Of a DNA stretch of 31,751 nucleotides, positions 8,038-17,178 are shown piece after piece. The stretch's first letter is position 1. Each line of letters opens with the position of its first letter. Position numbers and translations under genes: made by a program. Location: assembly GCA_044356215.1 (NCBI GenBank), contig JBIKWQ010000036.1, positions 1 to 31,751 on the forward strand. Direction: 5' to 3'. Source of the DNA: Bdellovibrionota bacterium (GTDB lineage Bacteria; Bdellovibrionota_C; UBA2361; OMII01). The notes beneath the pieces are model-generated. The model did not search any database. It had not been told where the DNA came from and saw only the letters and a list, made by a program, of their open reading frames with translations.

Positions 8038-8160
8038 GTTACAGTCCTCACTTTGTGTCCTTTGCGTCCTTAGTGGTAAAATAATCACGCAGCTCTTATT
8101 ATCGTTCCTGAAGTGTTTTTATTTTTCACCACAAGGACCCGAAGGGTGAGGAGTGTGAGA
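8005..8160. repeat. Palindromic intergenic repeat, copy 3 (right arm shortened)
   Basis: Identical left arm at 8051-8081. Right arm TTTTCACCACAAGGACCCGAAGGG lacks one 9-bp unit plus one A. Ends GTGTGAGA at 8160. Confidence 0.93.
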
Positions 8161-8194
8161 AATTACGTCTGTATTTTTACAGGCTCTGGGCTGC

Positions 8195-9631
8195 TCACTC
8201 CGCCTCAAACAAAAGCTGCTGCTTCTTGGTGTTTATAGCTACTGGGGTTCCAGCTGGATAAGACCCAGTGAAACATGCGTCGCAGAATTTGCCGGGTTCG
8301 GATCCTACAGCACGATAGAGCCCCTCTCTGGATAGATACGCTAATGAATCGACTCCAATAAACTTGGCTATATCCTCAACACTGCTGCGAGAGGCGATTA
8401 GCTCCTGCTTGTCGGGGGTGTCGATACCGTAGTAACACGGGTCAGTGGTCGGAGGAGAGGAGATGCGCATGTGGATCTCTTTGGCTCCAGCTTGTCTTAG
8501 CATCGCTACTAACTTTCGACTCGTGGTTCCGCGCACTATGGAGTCATCAACTACAACTATCGATTTGTCCTTTAATACAGCCGGATTCGGATTAAGCTTA
8601 ATCTTTACACCGAAATCTCTGATGGACTGTTGCGGCTCAATAAATGTTCGTCCGACATAGTGATTTCGAACTAGTCCCATCTCAAATGGTATGCGTGATG
8701 CCTCGGCGTATCCGATGGCCGCCGCGACTCCTGAGTCAGGTACAGCGATCACGACATCAGCTTTAACCGGAGTCTCTCTCGCCAGCTCGGCTCCCATATT
8801 CTTGCGGACCTGATACACGTTCTTACCGAATACATTGGAGTCTGGACGAGCGAAATAAACGAACTCGAATATGCACGGAGCAGTTCTTGAGAAGCCAAAT
8901 GGGAAGTAGCTGCGAGTGGAACCATCACGCAGAACCTCAATTACCTCTCCTGGCTCGACATCCCTTATGTATGTGGCGCCGATCAGATCAAAGGCGCAGG
9001 TCTCAGACGCGAAAACGATTCCCTCATTAAGTTTTCCCATCGCCAGAGGTCGTAGGCCGTACCGATCGCGGGCGGCTATCAAGCGATCCTCAAATAAAAT
9101 AAGGAGTGAGAAAGCCCCATGAAGCCTCGTTAGGGCCGCCATAACATTCTCTGAGCGCGGGGCGTCCTTATCTGAGAGAGCCAAAAGATGCAGAACTATC
9201 TCGGTATCTGATGTCGAGCCGAAGATCGACCCCTGGTCGATTAGCTCCTTTCTAAGTTGCTCGGTATTAGTCAGGTTTCCGTTGTGCGCTACGGCGACGC
9301 ACCCTAGAGAGATATCAGCGACGAACGGCTGGACGTTGGCTAGCTTGTTGCCTCCGGCAGTGGTGTATCGTACATGACCGATCGCTACCTTGCCGGGTAG
9401 TTTATTAAAATCGAAGTCGCTAAATACCTCAGCGACTAGCCCGAGACCCTTGTGCACATGAAAGTGCGGTCTGTCGTCGCCATTGCTCTTAGAGGTAACA
9501 ACACCCGCTCCCTCCTGACCGCGGTGCTGCTGAGAGTAGAGACCTAAGTAAGTCAGGTTAGCGGCTTCAGCGTGGTTCCACACCGCCATTAACCCGCACT
9601 CATCGTGAAATTTATCTGGGCGAAGCTCCAT
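8195..9631 (-). CDS. purF: Amidophosphoribosyltransferase
   Basis: Propeptide then ECG, QHRGQE, GHVRY, HNGNL, PRPP motif VVVDDSIVRGTTS, and Fe-S cysteines (PCIFE, PCYYG, CDAC). Confidence 0.98.
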   Translation of the reverse strand: MELRPDKFHDECGLMAVWNHAEAANLTYLGLYSQQHRGQEGAGVVTSKSNGDDRPHFHVHKGLGLVAEVFSDFDFNKLPGKVAIGHVRYTTAGGNKLANVQPFVADISLGCVAVAHNGNLTNTEQLRKELIDQGSIFGSTSDTEIVLHLLALSDKDAPRSENVMAALTRLHGAFSLLILFEDRLIAARDRYGLRPLAMGKLNEGIVFASETCAFDLIGATYIRDVEPGEVIEVLRDGSTRSYFPFGFSRTAPCIFEFVYFARPDSNVFGKNVYQVRKNMGAELARETPVKADVVIAVPDSGVAAAIGYAEASRIPFEMGLVRNHYVGRTFIEPQQSIRDFGVKIKLNPNPAVLKDKSIVVVDDSIVRGTTSRKLVAMLRQAGAKEIHMRISSPPTTDPCYYGIDTPDKQELIASRSSVEDIAKFIGVDSLAYLSREGLYRAVGSEPGKFCDACFTGSYPAGTPVAINTKKQQLLFEAE

Positions 9632-9639
9632 ATAAGGTC

Positions 9640-11919
9640 CTATTCCTCAAAAATATGATCTAAGCCACCAAACCATGCCTTGTAAGCGGCATCAGCTTGA
9701 ATAGACGCGACTCCAGTGACCGATATCGTTGATCCTCCAACAACACCTTCGCCCGAGATAGCTACCGACTCAGTTTTCAGCAGATCTTTAATCGCCGCTA
9801 GGGAACTCTTGTCGCAGCTAACGATAAAACGAGCGCCACTTTCAGCAAATAAAGCTAAGTCTCGGCGCGCTGTGTCGTGAGTGAGCTTGAGGCTAACTCC
9901 CTTTGGCGCTGAATAGTCAGAGAAGCAACACTCAGCTAGCGCCACACCGAGCCCGCCTTGTGATAGATCGTGGCATGATCGGATAAGCCTCTTCGCTATA
10001 AGCTTTCTTATGGTATCGCAAGTTCTCTTTTCTAGTTCGTAGTTTAACTCTGGCAAAGCTCCACGCTCTATTCCGTGGACCTCGGCTAAATACGAGCTAC
10101 CACCTATCTCTGAATCCCTGGTCTCTCCGATTAAAAGAACAACATCGCCATCATTCTTGAACCCTGCCGATACAGCGAGAGATGCGTCATCAAGGAGTCC
10201 TACAACGGCTAGTGTCGGAGTTGGTTGAATTCCCTGTCCCTGAGTTTGGTTGTAAAGACTTACATTACCGCTAACAACTGGAACGTCAAAAGCTCGGGCG
10301 GCTTCACCAAGTCCAGCGATGCTGTTGGCTATCTGCCACATCGTCTCTGGAACCTCTGGGCTAGGCATATTTAAGCAATCCGATATACCGATCGGCGTAG
10401 CGCCTGAACAAGCGATGTTTCTTAAGCTTTCAGCGAGTGAATGCGCTGCACCGAGGCGAGCATCGATCACGCAGAAGCGCGAATTGCAATCTAGCGATAT
10501 CGCTATTCCTTTCTCCTTTCCGTTAGGTCCCATCACTCTGACAAGACCTGAGTCTGAGCCAGGATGAACAACAGTAGCCGCGCGTACAGTTGAATCGTAC
10601 TGATTGTAAACAGCGTGACGTGAACAGTTATTGGCTGAGCCTAGTAGATCAATCCAAGTTTGGCCGAGATCTTTGGGCTCTGGCACAGAGGCTGGATCGA
10701 TCGGCGACATCAGCAACGGGTCGCTTGGAGCCTTTGTTGGCCAATTGTATTCAGGAACGGCGCTGGTAAGTAGGTGCGCTGGCATCTTAGATACGAGCTC
10801 GTCGTGCCAGTAAAGCTCAACATCCTCGCCAGCGATTACTTCGCCGATCGCCACAGCATCAAGCTCCCAACGGGTGAAGATCTCAATTAGCTTATTCTCT
10901 TCACCTGCTTTAACTATAAATAGCATGCGTTCCTGAGACTCGGAGAGCATGATCTCATAGGGATTCATCCCTGTTTCTCGCTGCGGAACTCGATCTAGGT
11001 GAAGACGCACGCCGTTTTTACCGCGATCAGCCATCTCAAAAGATGAGCTTGTTAGTCCAGCGGCGCCCATATCCTGCACGCCCACCACGCAACCACTCTT
11101 AAAAGCCTCAAGACACGCTTCAAGTAGTAGCTTTTCCTGGAAAGGATCTCCTACTTGAACAGTTGGGCGCTTAGCCTCTGAGTTATCACCAAATTCCTCA
11201 GAGGACATGCTAGCACCGTGGATTCCGTCTCGTCCGGTCTTCGAGCCGACATAGAGCACAACGTTACCAACTCCGCTCGCGGTTCCGAGGAAGACCTCGT
11301 CCTGGTTCACTATTCCGAGCGCGAACGCATTTACGAGGCAGTTTCCGTTAAACGAACGATGAAACGCGAGCTCTCCGCCAACAGTTGGGATTCCCATGCA
11401 GTTGCCGTAGAATCCGATTCCGTTAACAGCTCTGCGAAGAAGATAGCGACTCTTTGGAAGAGCTGGATCTCCGAAGCGTAATGAATTTAAGAGAGCGACA
11501 GGGCGCGCCCCCATTGTGAAAACATCGCGTAAAATTCCACCTACGCCTGTAGCTGCTCCTTGAAACGGCTCGATAAATGACGGGTGGTTGTGGCTCTCTA
11601 CTTTAAATACGGCTGCTTGATTGTCGCCTATGTCGACCACACAAGCATTCTCTCCAGGTCCAACTATTACTCGTGGTCCCTTAGTGGGGAGAGTTTTTAG
11701 GTGGATTTTGGTGCTCTTGTATGAGCAGTGCTCGGAGAATAGGGCGGAAGCGATTCCTAGCTCAACCATATTGATCGGTCGACCGAGCGCTTTGATGATC
11801 GCCTCAAACTCACCCGCCTTTAATCCGTGGGAGCGTGCGTCCTCGGGTGATGCGTGTCGCATCCATGGAGAGGATGACGGTTGTGAAGGTTTATGTGTGG
11901 CTGGCTGAGACGCTGTCAT
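9640..11919 (-). CDS. purL: Phosphoribosylformylglycinamidine synthase subunit PurL (small type)
   Basis: SEHCSYKS, KVESHNHPS, DMGAAGL, LSESQERM and SGNVSLYN. 759 aa with no glutaminase domain. Confidence 0.98.
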   Translation of the reverse strand: MTASQPATHKPSQPSSSPWMRHASPEDARSHGLKAGEFEAIIKALGRPINMVELGIASALFSEHCSYKSTKIHLKTLPTKGPRVIVGPGENACVVDIGDNQAAVFKVESHNHPSFIEPFQGAATGVGGILRDVFTMGARPVALLNSLRFGDPALPKSRYLLRRAVNGIGFYGNCMGIPTVGGELAFHRSFNGNCLVNAFALGIVNQDEVFLGTASGVGNVVLYVGSKTGRDGIHGASMSSEEFGDNSEAKRPTVQVGDPFQEKLLLEACLEAFKSGCVVGVQDMGAAGLTSSSFEMADRGKNGVRLHLDRVPQRETGMNPYEIMLSESQERMLFIVKAGEENKLIEIFTRWELDAVAIGEVIAGEDVELYWHDELVSKMPAHLLTSAVPEYNWPTKAPSDPLLMSPIDPASVPEPKDLGQTWIDLLGSANNCSRHAVYNQYDSTVRAATVVHPGSDSGLVRVMGPNGKEKGIAISLDCNSRFCVIDARLGAAHSLAESLRNIACSGATPIGISDCLNMPSPEVPETMWQIANSIAGLGEAARAFDVPVVSGNVSLYNQTQGQGIQPTPTLAVVGLLDDASLAVSAGFKNDGDVVLLIGETRDSEIGGSSYLAEVHGIERGALPELNYELEKRTCDTIRKLIAKRLIRSCHDLSQGGLGVALAECCFSDYSAPKGVSLKLTHDTARRDLALFAESGARFIVSCDKSSLAAIKDLLKTESVAISGEGVVGGSTISVTGVASIQADAAYKAWFGGLDHIFEE

Positions 11920-12518
11920 AGAAAAGATTCGAGGCTCCAGGTAATCAACGACGTCTGGAATTCAGGCGTCGAGCGGGTTTTATAAAGCAGTTTTGTAAAA
12001 AATGCCTTCGCTAAAGTGTATAACGTCTAATAATTACTCTCAATCTTAAGGGGGTTTCAGTGTAAAAAATTTGATGGATAGAAACCTTTGGTCTTAGAGG
12101 TTTGTGATCAATTCAAGAGGCTTGATGATGCGTGTAAAGGAGGCGGATTGGGAGATATAAATGATTAGATACAATAAGTTATGCTGCCAGTGTTAATCTT
12201 GAAGAGAGATTTTTACAGGCGTCCAAACGAAGAGAACCTAGTTTGATTCTGTTAGAGAAAATCACCACGGAAAGGATCTCTTTAAAAAGTGTGTAACGTA
12301 AAGGCGAGATAGATATCTGCCGACAGTACAAATAGTCCCGGAGCGCTAAATCATTTGAGGCACTTGTGACATCAAACTCATAGAAGCCGAAAGTGTATCG
12401 GTGCCTCAAGGTTAAAAAGTGTCGGGTCTTGGGTAGTTGTGGCACTAGCTTGGGTCGTCTACCGTGAATGCATAGGGCCTCAAGCGTGTTAACGAGATAA
12501 CGTTAAGGAGAAAGTTCC

Positions 12519-14447
12519 ATGAGCGAAGATTTTCGTAAGCTAATTGAAGAGGATCGCGAGACTCGAAAGAAGTCCTCATGGAAAGGGACGATGATGCAGT
12601 ATCTCGAGTTAGTTCGAGAGAATCCCAGCATTCATAAACTGGCGCACAAGAGGCTCTACGACATGATTAACGACCGAGGTATGGTCGAGGTTGATCTAGA
12701 GCAGAATCCGCGCATGAAGCGGATCTTCAAAGGAGAGAAGCTAAAGGTATTTAATTTCTTCTCTGACGAATTCTTCGGTATGGAGAAGACGATCAATCAG
12801 ATCGTCCGCTATTTTCACTCAGCATCGCTGAAAGGTGAGGAGAGTCGTCAGGTGCTCTATCTTGTGGGGCCAGTAGGTTCCGGAAAGAGCTCTTTAGTAG
12901 ACAGGTTAAAAAAGGGCCTGGAGTACCTGCCCCCCATTCACGCTATTGAAAATTGCCCGATGTTTGAGGAGCCTCTGCACTTAATTCCAAGGCATCTTCG
13001 TAAAGAGTTTTCAAAGATGCTTGGCGTTGAGATCGAGGGAGATCTCTGTCCAGTATGCCGCTATAGGTTAAAAGAGGAGTTCCAAGGAAAGTGGGAGGAT
13101 GTCCCTGTTCGTACCTACGACTTTAGTATCAGAGCTAAGCGTGGAGTCGGAGTGGTTCCACCTGTGGATCCGAACAATCAAGATACCAGTGTGCTAATCG
13201 GCGGTGAGGATATCTCTAAGCTAGATATGTACTCTGAGGGTGACCCACGCGTGTTGGATTTAACTGGAGCGTTAAACGTAGGAAACCGCGGAATGGTTGA
13301 GTTTATCGAGGTTTTCAAGAACGAGACTGAATACCTGCACGCGATGATCACAGCGACTCAGGAGAAATCGATCCCAGCTCCTGGTCGTCACGGAATGATC
13401 TATGTTGATACATGTATCGTGGCGCATTCTAACGAGGCGGAGTGGAAAAAGTTTAAGAGTGATCACACAAACGAGGCGATCCTTGACCGTATCGTAACCG
13501 TAAAGGTGCCTTATAACTTGCGGCTCTCAGAGGAGGTGAAGATCTACAAGAAGATCATTCGCCAATCACAGTTCACGGCTGATATAGCCCCTCACACGAT
13601 AGAGATCGCTTCGATGTTCGCGATCCTGTCGCGACTTGAGCCGACTAATAAATGTGATCTGATGACTAAGCTAAAGCTCTACAACGGTGAGGAAGTTGTA
13701 GAGAAGGGCAAGACAAAGCGCATCGATGTAGTCGAGCTGCGAGAAGAGGCGAAGAGTGAGGGCATGAACGGAATATCTACCCGTTTCATTATGAAGGCTC
13801 TCGATAACGCGCTCTCAGATAACATAGAGCAGAACGCGATCCATCCGATCTCGGTCAGAGAGGCTCTCGTGCATATGGTTAAGGAGGCTGATTTCGCCGA
13901 TGACGTGAAGAAACGTTATCTAGAGTTCCTCCAGGATACCCTGCACAAGGAGTACCTAGAGGTTCTTGAGAAAGAGATTACTAAGGCGTTTGTTTACTCG
14001 TATCAGGAACAGGCGGAGTCGCTCTTCCAGAATTACCTCGATCACGCTGAGTCCTATGTAACTAAGAAAAAGTTTAAGGATCGCAGCACAGGTGAGGTTC
14101 TTGAGCCCGATGAGGGCTTTATGAAATCGATCGAGGAGCAGATAGCCATTATCGGCACCGCGTGTGACGGTTTTAGGCAGGAAGTCATAGCGTTTCTCTG
14201 GTCAGCGGGGCGTAGAGGCGAGAAGGTGAGCTATGAGAGCTATGAGCCACTTAAAGAGGCGATCGAGAAAAAGCTCATGGCGAGCGTTCGTGATGTCTCG
14301 CGAATTATCACTAAAGCTAGAACCCGTGATGATGATCAGCACAAGAAGTATGGACGCATGGTCGAGCAGTTGATCAGGAACGGGTATCCAGCGAGTTGTG
14401 TTGATGTGATTCTGAAATACGCTGCTAATAATCTGTGGAAGGATTAA
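12519..14447 (+). CDS. prkA: PrkA/YeaG-family AAA+ serine protein kinase
   Basis: Walker A GPVGSGKS, CPMFEEPLHL, NRGMVEFIE, AHSNEAEW and GISTRF. RBS AAGGAG. Confidence 0.95.
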   Translation: MSEDFRKLIEEDRETRKKSSWKGTMMQYLELVRENPSIHKLAHKRLYDMINDRGMVEVDLEQNPRMKRIFKGEKLKVFNFFSDEFFGMEKTINQIVRYFHSASLKGEESRQVLYLVGPVGSGKSSLVDRLKKGLEYLPPIHAIENCPMFEEPLHLIPRHLRKEFSKMLGVEIEGDLCPVCRYRLKEEFQGKWEDVPVRTYDFSIRAKRGVGVVPPVDPNNQDTSVLIGGEDISKLDMYSEGDPRVLDLTGALNVGNRGMVEFIEVFKNETEYLHAMITATQEKSIPAPGRHGMIYVDTCIVAHSNEAEWKKFKSDHTNEAILDRIVTVKVPYNLRLSEEVKIYKKIIRQSQFTADIAPHTIEIASMFAILSRLEPTNKCDLMTKLKLYNGEEVVEKGKTKRIDVVELREEAKSEGMNGISTRFIMKALDNALSDNIEQNAIHPISVREALVHMVKEADFADDVKKRYLEFLQDTLHKEYLEVLEKEITKAFVYSYQEQAESLFQNYLDHAESYVTKKKFKDRSTGEVLEPDEGFMKSIEEQIAIIGTACDGFRQEVIAFLWSAGRRGEKVSYESYEPLKEAIEKKLMASVRDVSRIITKARTRDDDQHKKYGRMVEQLIRNGYPASCVDVILKYAANNLWKD

Positions 14448-14478
14448 GGCTGCTTTCTAAGGAAGGTGTAGCTGATTC

Positions 14479-15714
14479 ATGACAACTATTTTTAGACCGT
14501 ACACATCTTCGTCGCAGCGCTCTGACCGGAGCGCTCGCGACCGGATGAGGCATAGGCGTAAGATTCAGGATTCAATCCGCGATAATATCGGTGACATCCT
14601 CGCTGAGGAATCGATCATCGGCCGTGATAAAGACAAGATCATTAAAGTTCCGATCCGATCAGTTAAGGAGTATCGGTTTATTTACGGCGATAACGCTCCT
14701 GGAGTAGCGCAGGGAAATGGCGAGCAGAAACCTGGAGATGTCGTAGATCCAGGAAAAGAGGAGCCCGGACAGGGTAAGGCTGGAGACCAGGGTGGAGTCG
14801 ACGCCTTTGAGACCGATATCACGCTAGAAGAGCTAATAGCGATAATGTTTGAGGACCTCGAGCTCCCGGAGCTTGAGCGGAAAGCCCTTAAGGAGGTCGT
14901 CTCAGAGGACGCCAGAAAGCGTAAAGGTCATCGAAAAGCTGGTATACGTCCGCGGTTAGATAAGCGCGCCACGGCACGCAACAGGATCCGTCGCAAACTC
15001 TCTGTGCGAGGTAGTAGGGGAGAGGAGTTGGATGAGGATGGCGAGGAGAAGCGCTTTCCGTTTCACGAGGACGATATGAGTTATTTTCATATCGCTCCAA
15101 CGACCAGAGAGGCTTCTAACGCTGTGGTGTTCTGTATTATGGATACATCAGGTTCGATGGGAACTGTGAAGAAGTACCTAGCACGCAGCTTCTATTTCTT
15201 GCTCTATCAGTTTGTCAGGCAGAAATACGCTAATGTTGAAGTGGTCTTTATCGCGCATCATACAGAGGCTAAGGAGGTATCTGAGAGCGATTTCTTCCAC
15301 AAGGTAGAATCCGGTGGAACATATATCTCTTCAGGCTATCGCAAGGCGCTAGATATTATTAACAGTAGGTATCATCCGTCGTTGTGGAACATCTACGCGT
15401 TTCACTGCTCTGATGGTGATAATTTTTATTCTGATAACGAGCGGGCACTGCAAGCTGCTGAGGAGTTGTGTCAGGTATGCAACCTCTTTGGCTACGGCGA
15501 GATTAAGCCGGCAGGGAGCGCCTACTACAGCGGAAGCATGTTAGAGGTATTCGGTCAGATCCAGGCTGAGAACTTCCACATGATTACGATCGAGAAAAAA
15601 GAGGATCTTTGGGAGGGATTCCGAAGTTTCTTAATGAAGGATAAGGCTAGTGGGGTATCAGCGCATGGCAAGGTATTTGGCCAGAGCGAGGGTGCCTCGG
15701 CGGCCGCACCGTGA
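14479..15714 (+). CDS. yeaH: YeaH/YhbH (DUF444) vWA-like protein
   Basis: DLELPEL, MIDAS-like MDTSGSM, FIAHH, ESGGT and SDGDN. Located directly after prkA. Confidence 0.93.
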   Translation: MTTIFRPYTSSSQRSDRSARDRMRHRRKIQDSIRDNIGDILAEESIIGRDKDKIIKVPIRSVKEYRFIYGDNAPGVAQGNGEQKPGDVVDPGKEEPGQGKAGDQGGVDAFETDITLEELIAIMFEDLELPELERKALKEVVSEDARKRKGHRKAGIRPRLDKRATARNRIRRKLSVRGSRGEELDEDGEEKRFPFHEDDMSYFHIAPTTREASNAVVFCIMDTSGSMGTVKKYLARSFYFLLYQFVRQKYANVEVVFIAHHTEAKEVSESDFFHKVESGGTYISSGYRKALDIINSRYHPSLWNIYAFHCSDGDNFYSDNERALQAAEELCQVCNLFGYGEIKPAGSAYYSGSMLEVFGQIQAENFHMITIEKKEDLWEGFRSFLMKDKASGVSAHGKVFGQSEGASAAAP

Positions 15715-15720
15715 GAAGGT

Positions 15721-17178
15721 ATGTCATTTAATATTGAAGAGCTTGCTTCCTGGGACGACCGTATCAAAGAGCTCGTTGAGCGCTTCGGTCTAAAGTGCTA
15801 TCCGCAGGAATTTGAGATCTGCGATCATAACGAGATGCTCGGATACATGGCCTATACCGGCATGCCGTCCCACTATCCGCACTGGTCCTATGGTAAGTCG
15901 TACGAGCGCCAGAAGACGATGTATGACTACGGGGCGTCTGGACTTCCGTATGAGATGGTGATCAATTCGAATCCTTGTCTCGCCTACCTGATGCGGGATA
16001 ACACGCTGCTGCTGCAAGTTCTAACTATCGCGCACGTGTACGGGCACAATGATTTTTTCGCTAATAATTTCACCTTCACTAGCGGCACAGATGCGAGGCA
16101 TGTTTTGGAAAAATTTAAGAGTGGAGCCAATCGAATAGCCAGCTATCATGAAGATCCGTCGATTGGCATAGATGCGGTTGAGGATATCATCGACCACGCA
16201 CATGCAGTTTCATACCAACGCTCGCGCAACTTAGCTATAGTTCAGCTATCAGACGACGAGCAGAGGGTGCGTCTGTGGGAGAGGTCCCAACCAGCAGCAG
16301 ATCCGTGGCGCGAGATACATCCGACTCCGGAATATGTTCAGCCGGATCTCTCGCGTACTCCAGCGGAGCCGCAGGAGAATCTCTTGCAGTTTATAGCGCG
16401 ATACAACCCATATCTACCTGAGTGGAAACGCGACATCCTTGAGATCGTCGATCGTCAGGCACAGTATTTCATGCCGCAGATGGAAACTAAGATCATGAAC
16501 GAGGGGTGGGCTAGTTATTGGCACCACAGGATCTTAAATGAGCTTAAGCTTCCGCAAGGGATGCATCTGGAGTTCTTAGTTAGACACAATCAGGTGTTAC
16601 GACCGCATCCTGGAGGCCTTAATCCTTATCACCTAGGTTTTGTGCTGTGGCACGATATCGAGCGTCGATGGAACGCGGGAGATACGGGGCGCGAGTGGAG
16701 TGACGACAAGCCGCGGGCCGATTTATCAAGCCTTGATGAAAACGATACACCAGGCCGCAAAAAGATCTTTGAAATTAGAGAGACTGATCGTGATCAGTCT
16801 TTTTTAAGACGCTTTTTAACGCGTGAGTTAATGGATGAGCTGAATCTTTTCCAGCACGAGAGGCGAGGTAAAGAGCGGGTAGTAACGAAAGTACCTGATG
16901 ACGAGGGCTGGAAGGAGATGCGAGATAATTTAATTAAGAGCGTTGGCGCAGGTTCCCTTCCTGTCATAAAGGTAGAGGACGCCGATTTTGGTCGTAATAG
17001 GACTCTTTACTTAAAGCACTACCATGACGGCCGCGACTTGCAGCTCGAATACGCGGATCATACACTTCGGCACATCGCGGGCTTATGGGAGCGTGAGGTT
17101 GTCCTTGAGACGGTGATTAGCGGTAAGCCAAGCATCCTTAAGCTGGTTGGCGATTCAATGAAAATTGAACGGCTTTAG
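15721..17178 (+). CDS. spoVR: SpoVR/YcgB-family protein
   Basis: YPHWSYGK, YEMVINSNP, AHVYGHNDFF, TKIMNEGWASYWH and NPYHLG. Confidence 0.95.
   Translation: MSFNIEELASWDDRIKELVERFGLKCYPQEFEICDHNEMLGYMAYTGMPSHYPHWSYGKSYERQKTMYDYGASGLPYEMVINSNPCLAYLMRDNTLLLQVLTIAHVYGHNDFFANNFTFTSGTDARHVLEKFKSGANRIASYHEDPSIGIDAVEDIIDHAHAVSYQRSRNLAIVQLSDDEQRVRLWERSQPAADPWREIHPTPEYVQPDLSRTPAEPQENLLQFIARYNPYLPEWKRDILEIVDRQAQYFMPQMETKIMNEGWASYWHHRILNELKLPQGMHLEFLVRHNQVLRPHPGGLNPYHLGFVLWHDIERRWNAGDTGREWSDDKPRADLSSLDENDTPGRKKIFEIRETDRDQSFLRRFLTRELMDELNLFQHERRGKERVVTKVPDDEGWKEMRDNLIKSVGAGSLPVIKVEDADFGRNRTLYLKHYHDGRDLQLEYADHTLRHIAGLWEREVVLETVISGKPSILKLVGDSMKIERL

Noticed and set aside
5115..8160. CRISPR array
   Set aside because: The repeats are 160-190 bp, spaced 0.6-2 kb apart by whole genes, and no cas genes are present.
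12179..12445. Minus-strand ORF of 88 aa in the purL-prkA gap as purS or purQ
   Set aside because: It has no PurS or PurQ motifs. Those subunits must be encoded elsewhere.
12440..12454. Sigma-54 promoter TGGCACTAGCTTGGG upstream of prkA
   Set aside because: The -24 TGGCAC is good, but the -12 position is GG rather than the conserved GC (GG-N10-GG). Not supported without data.
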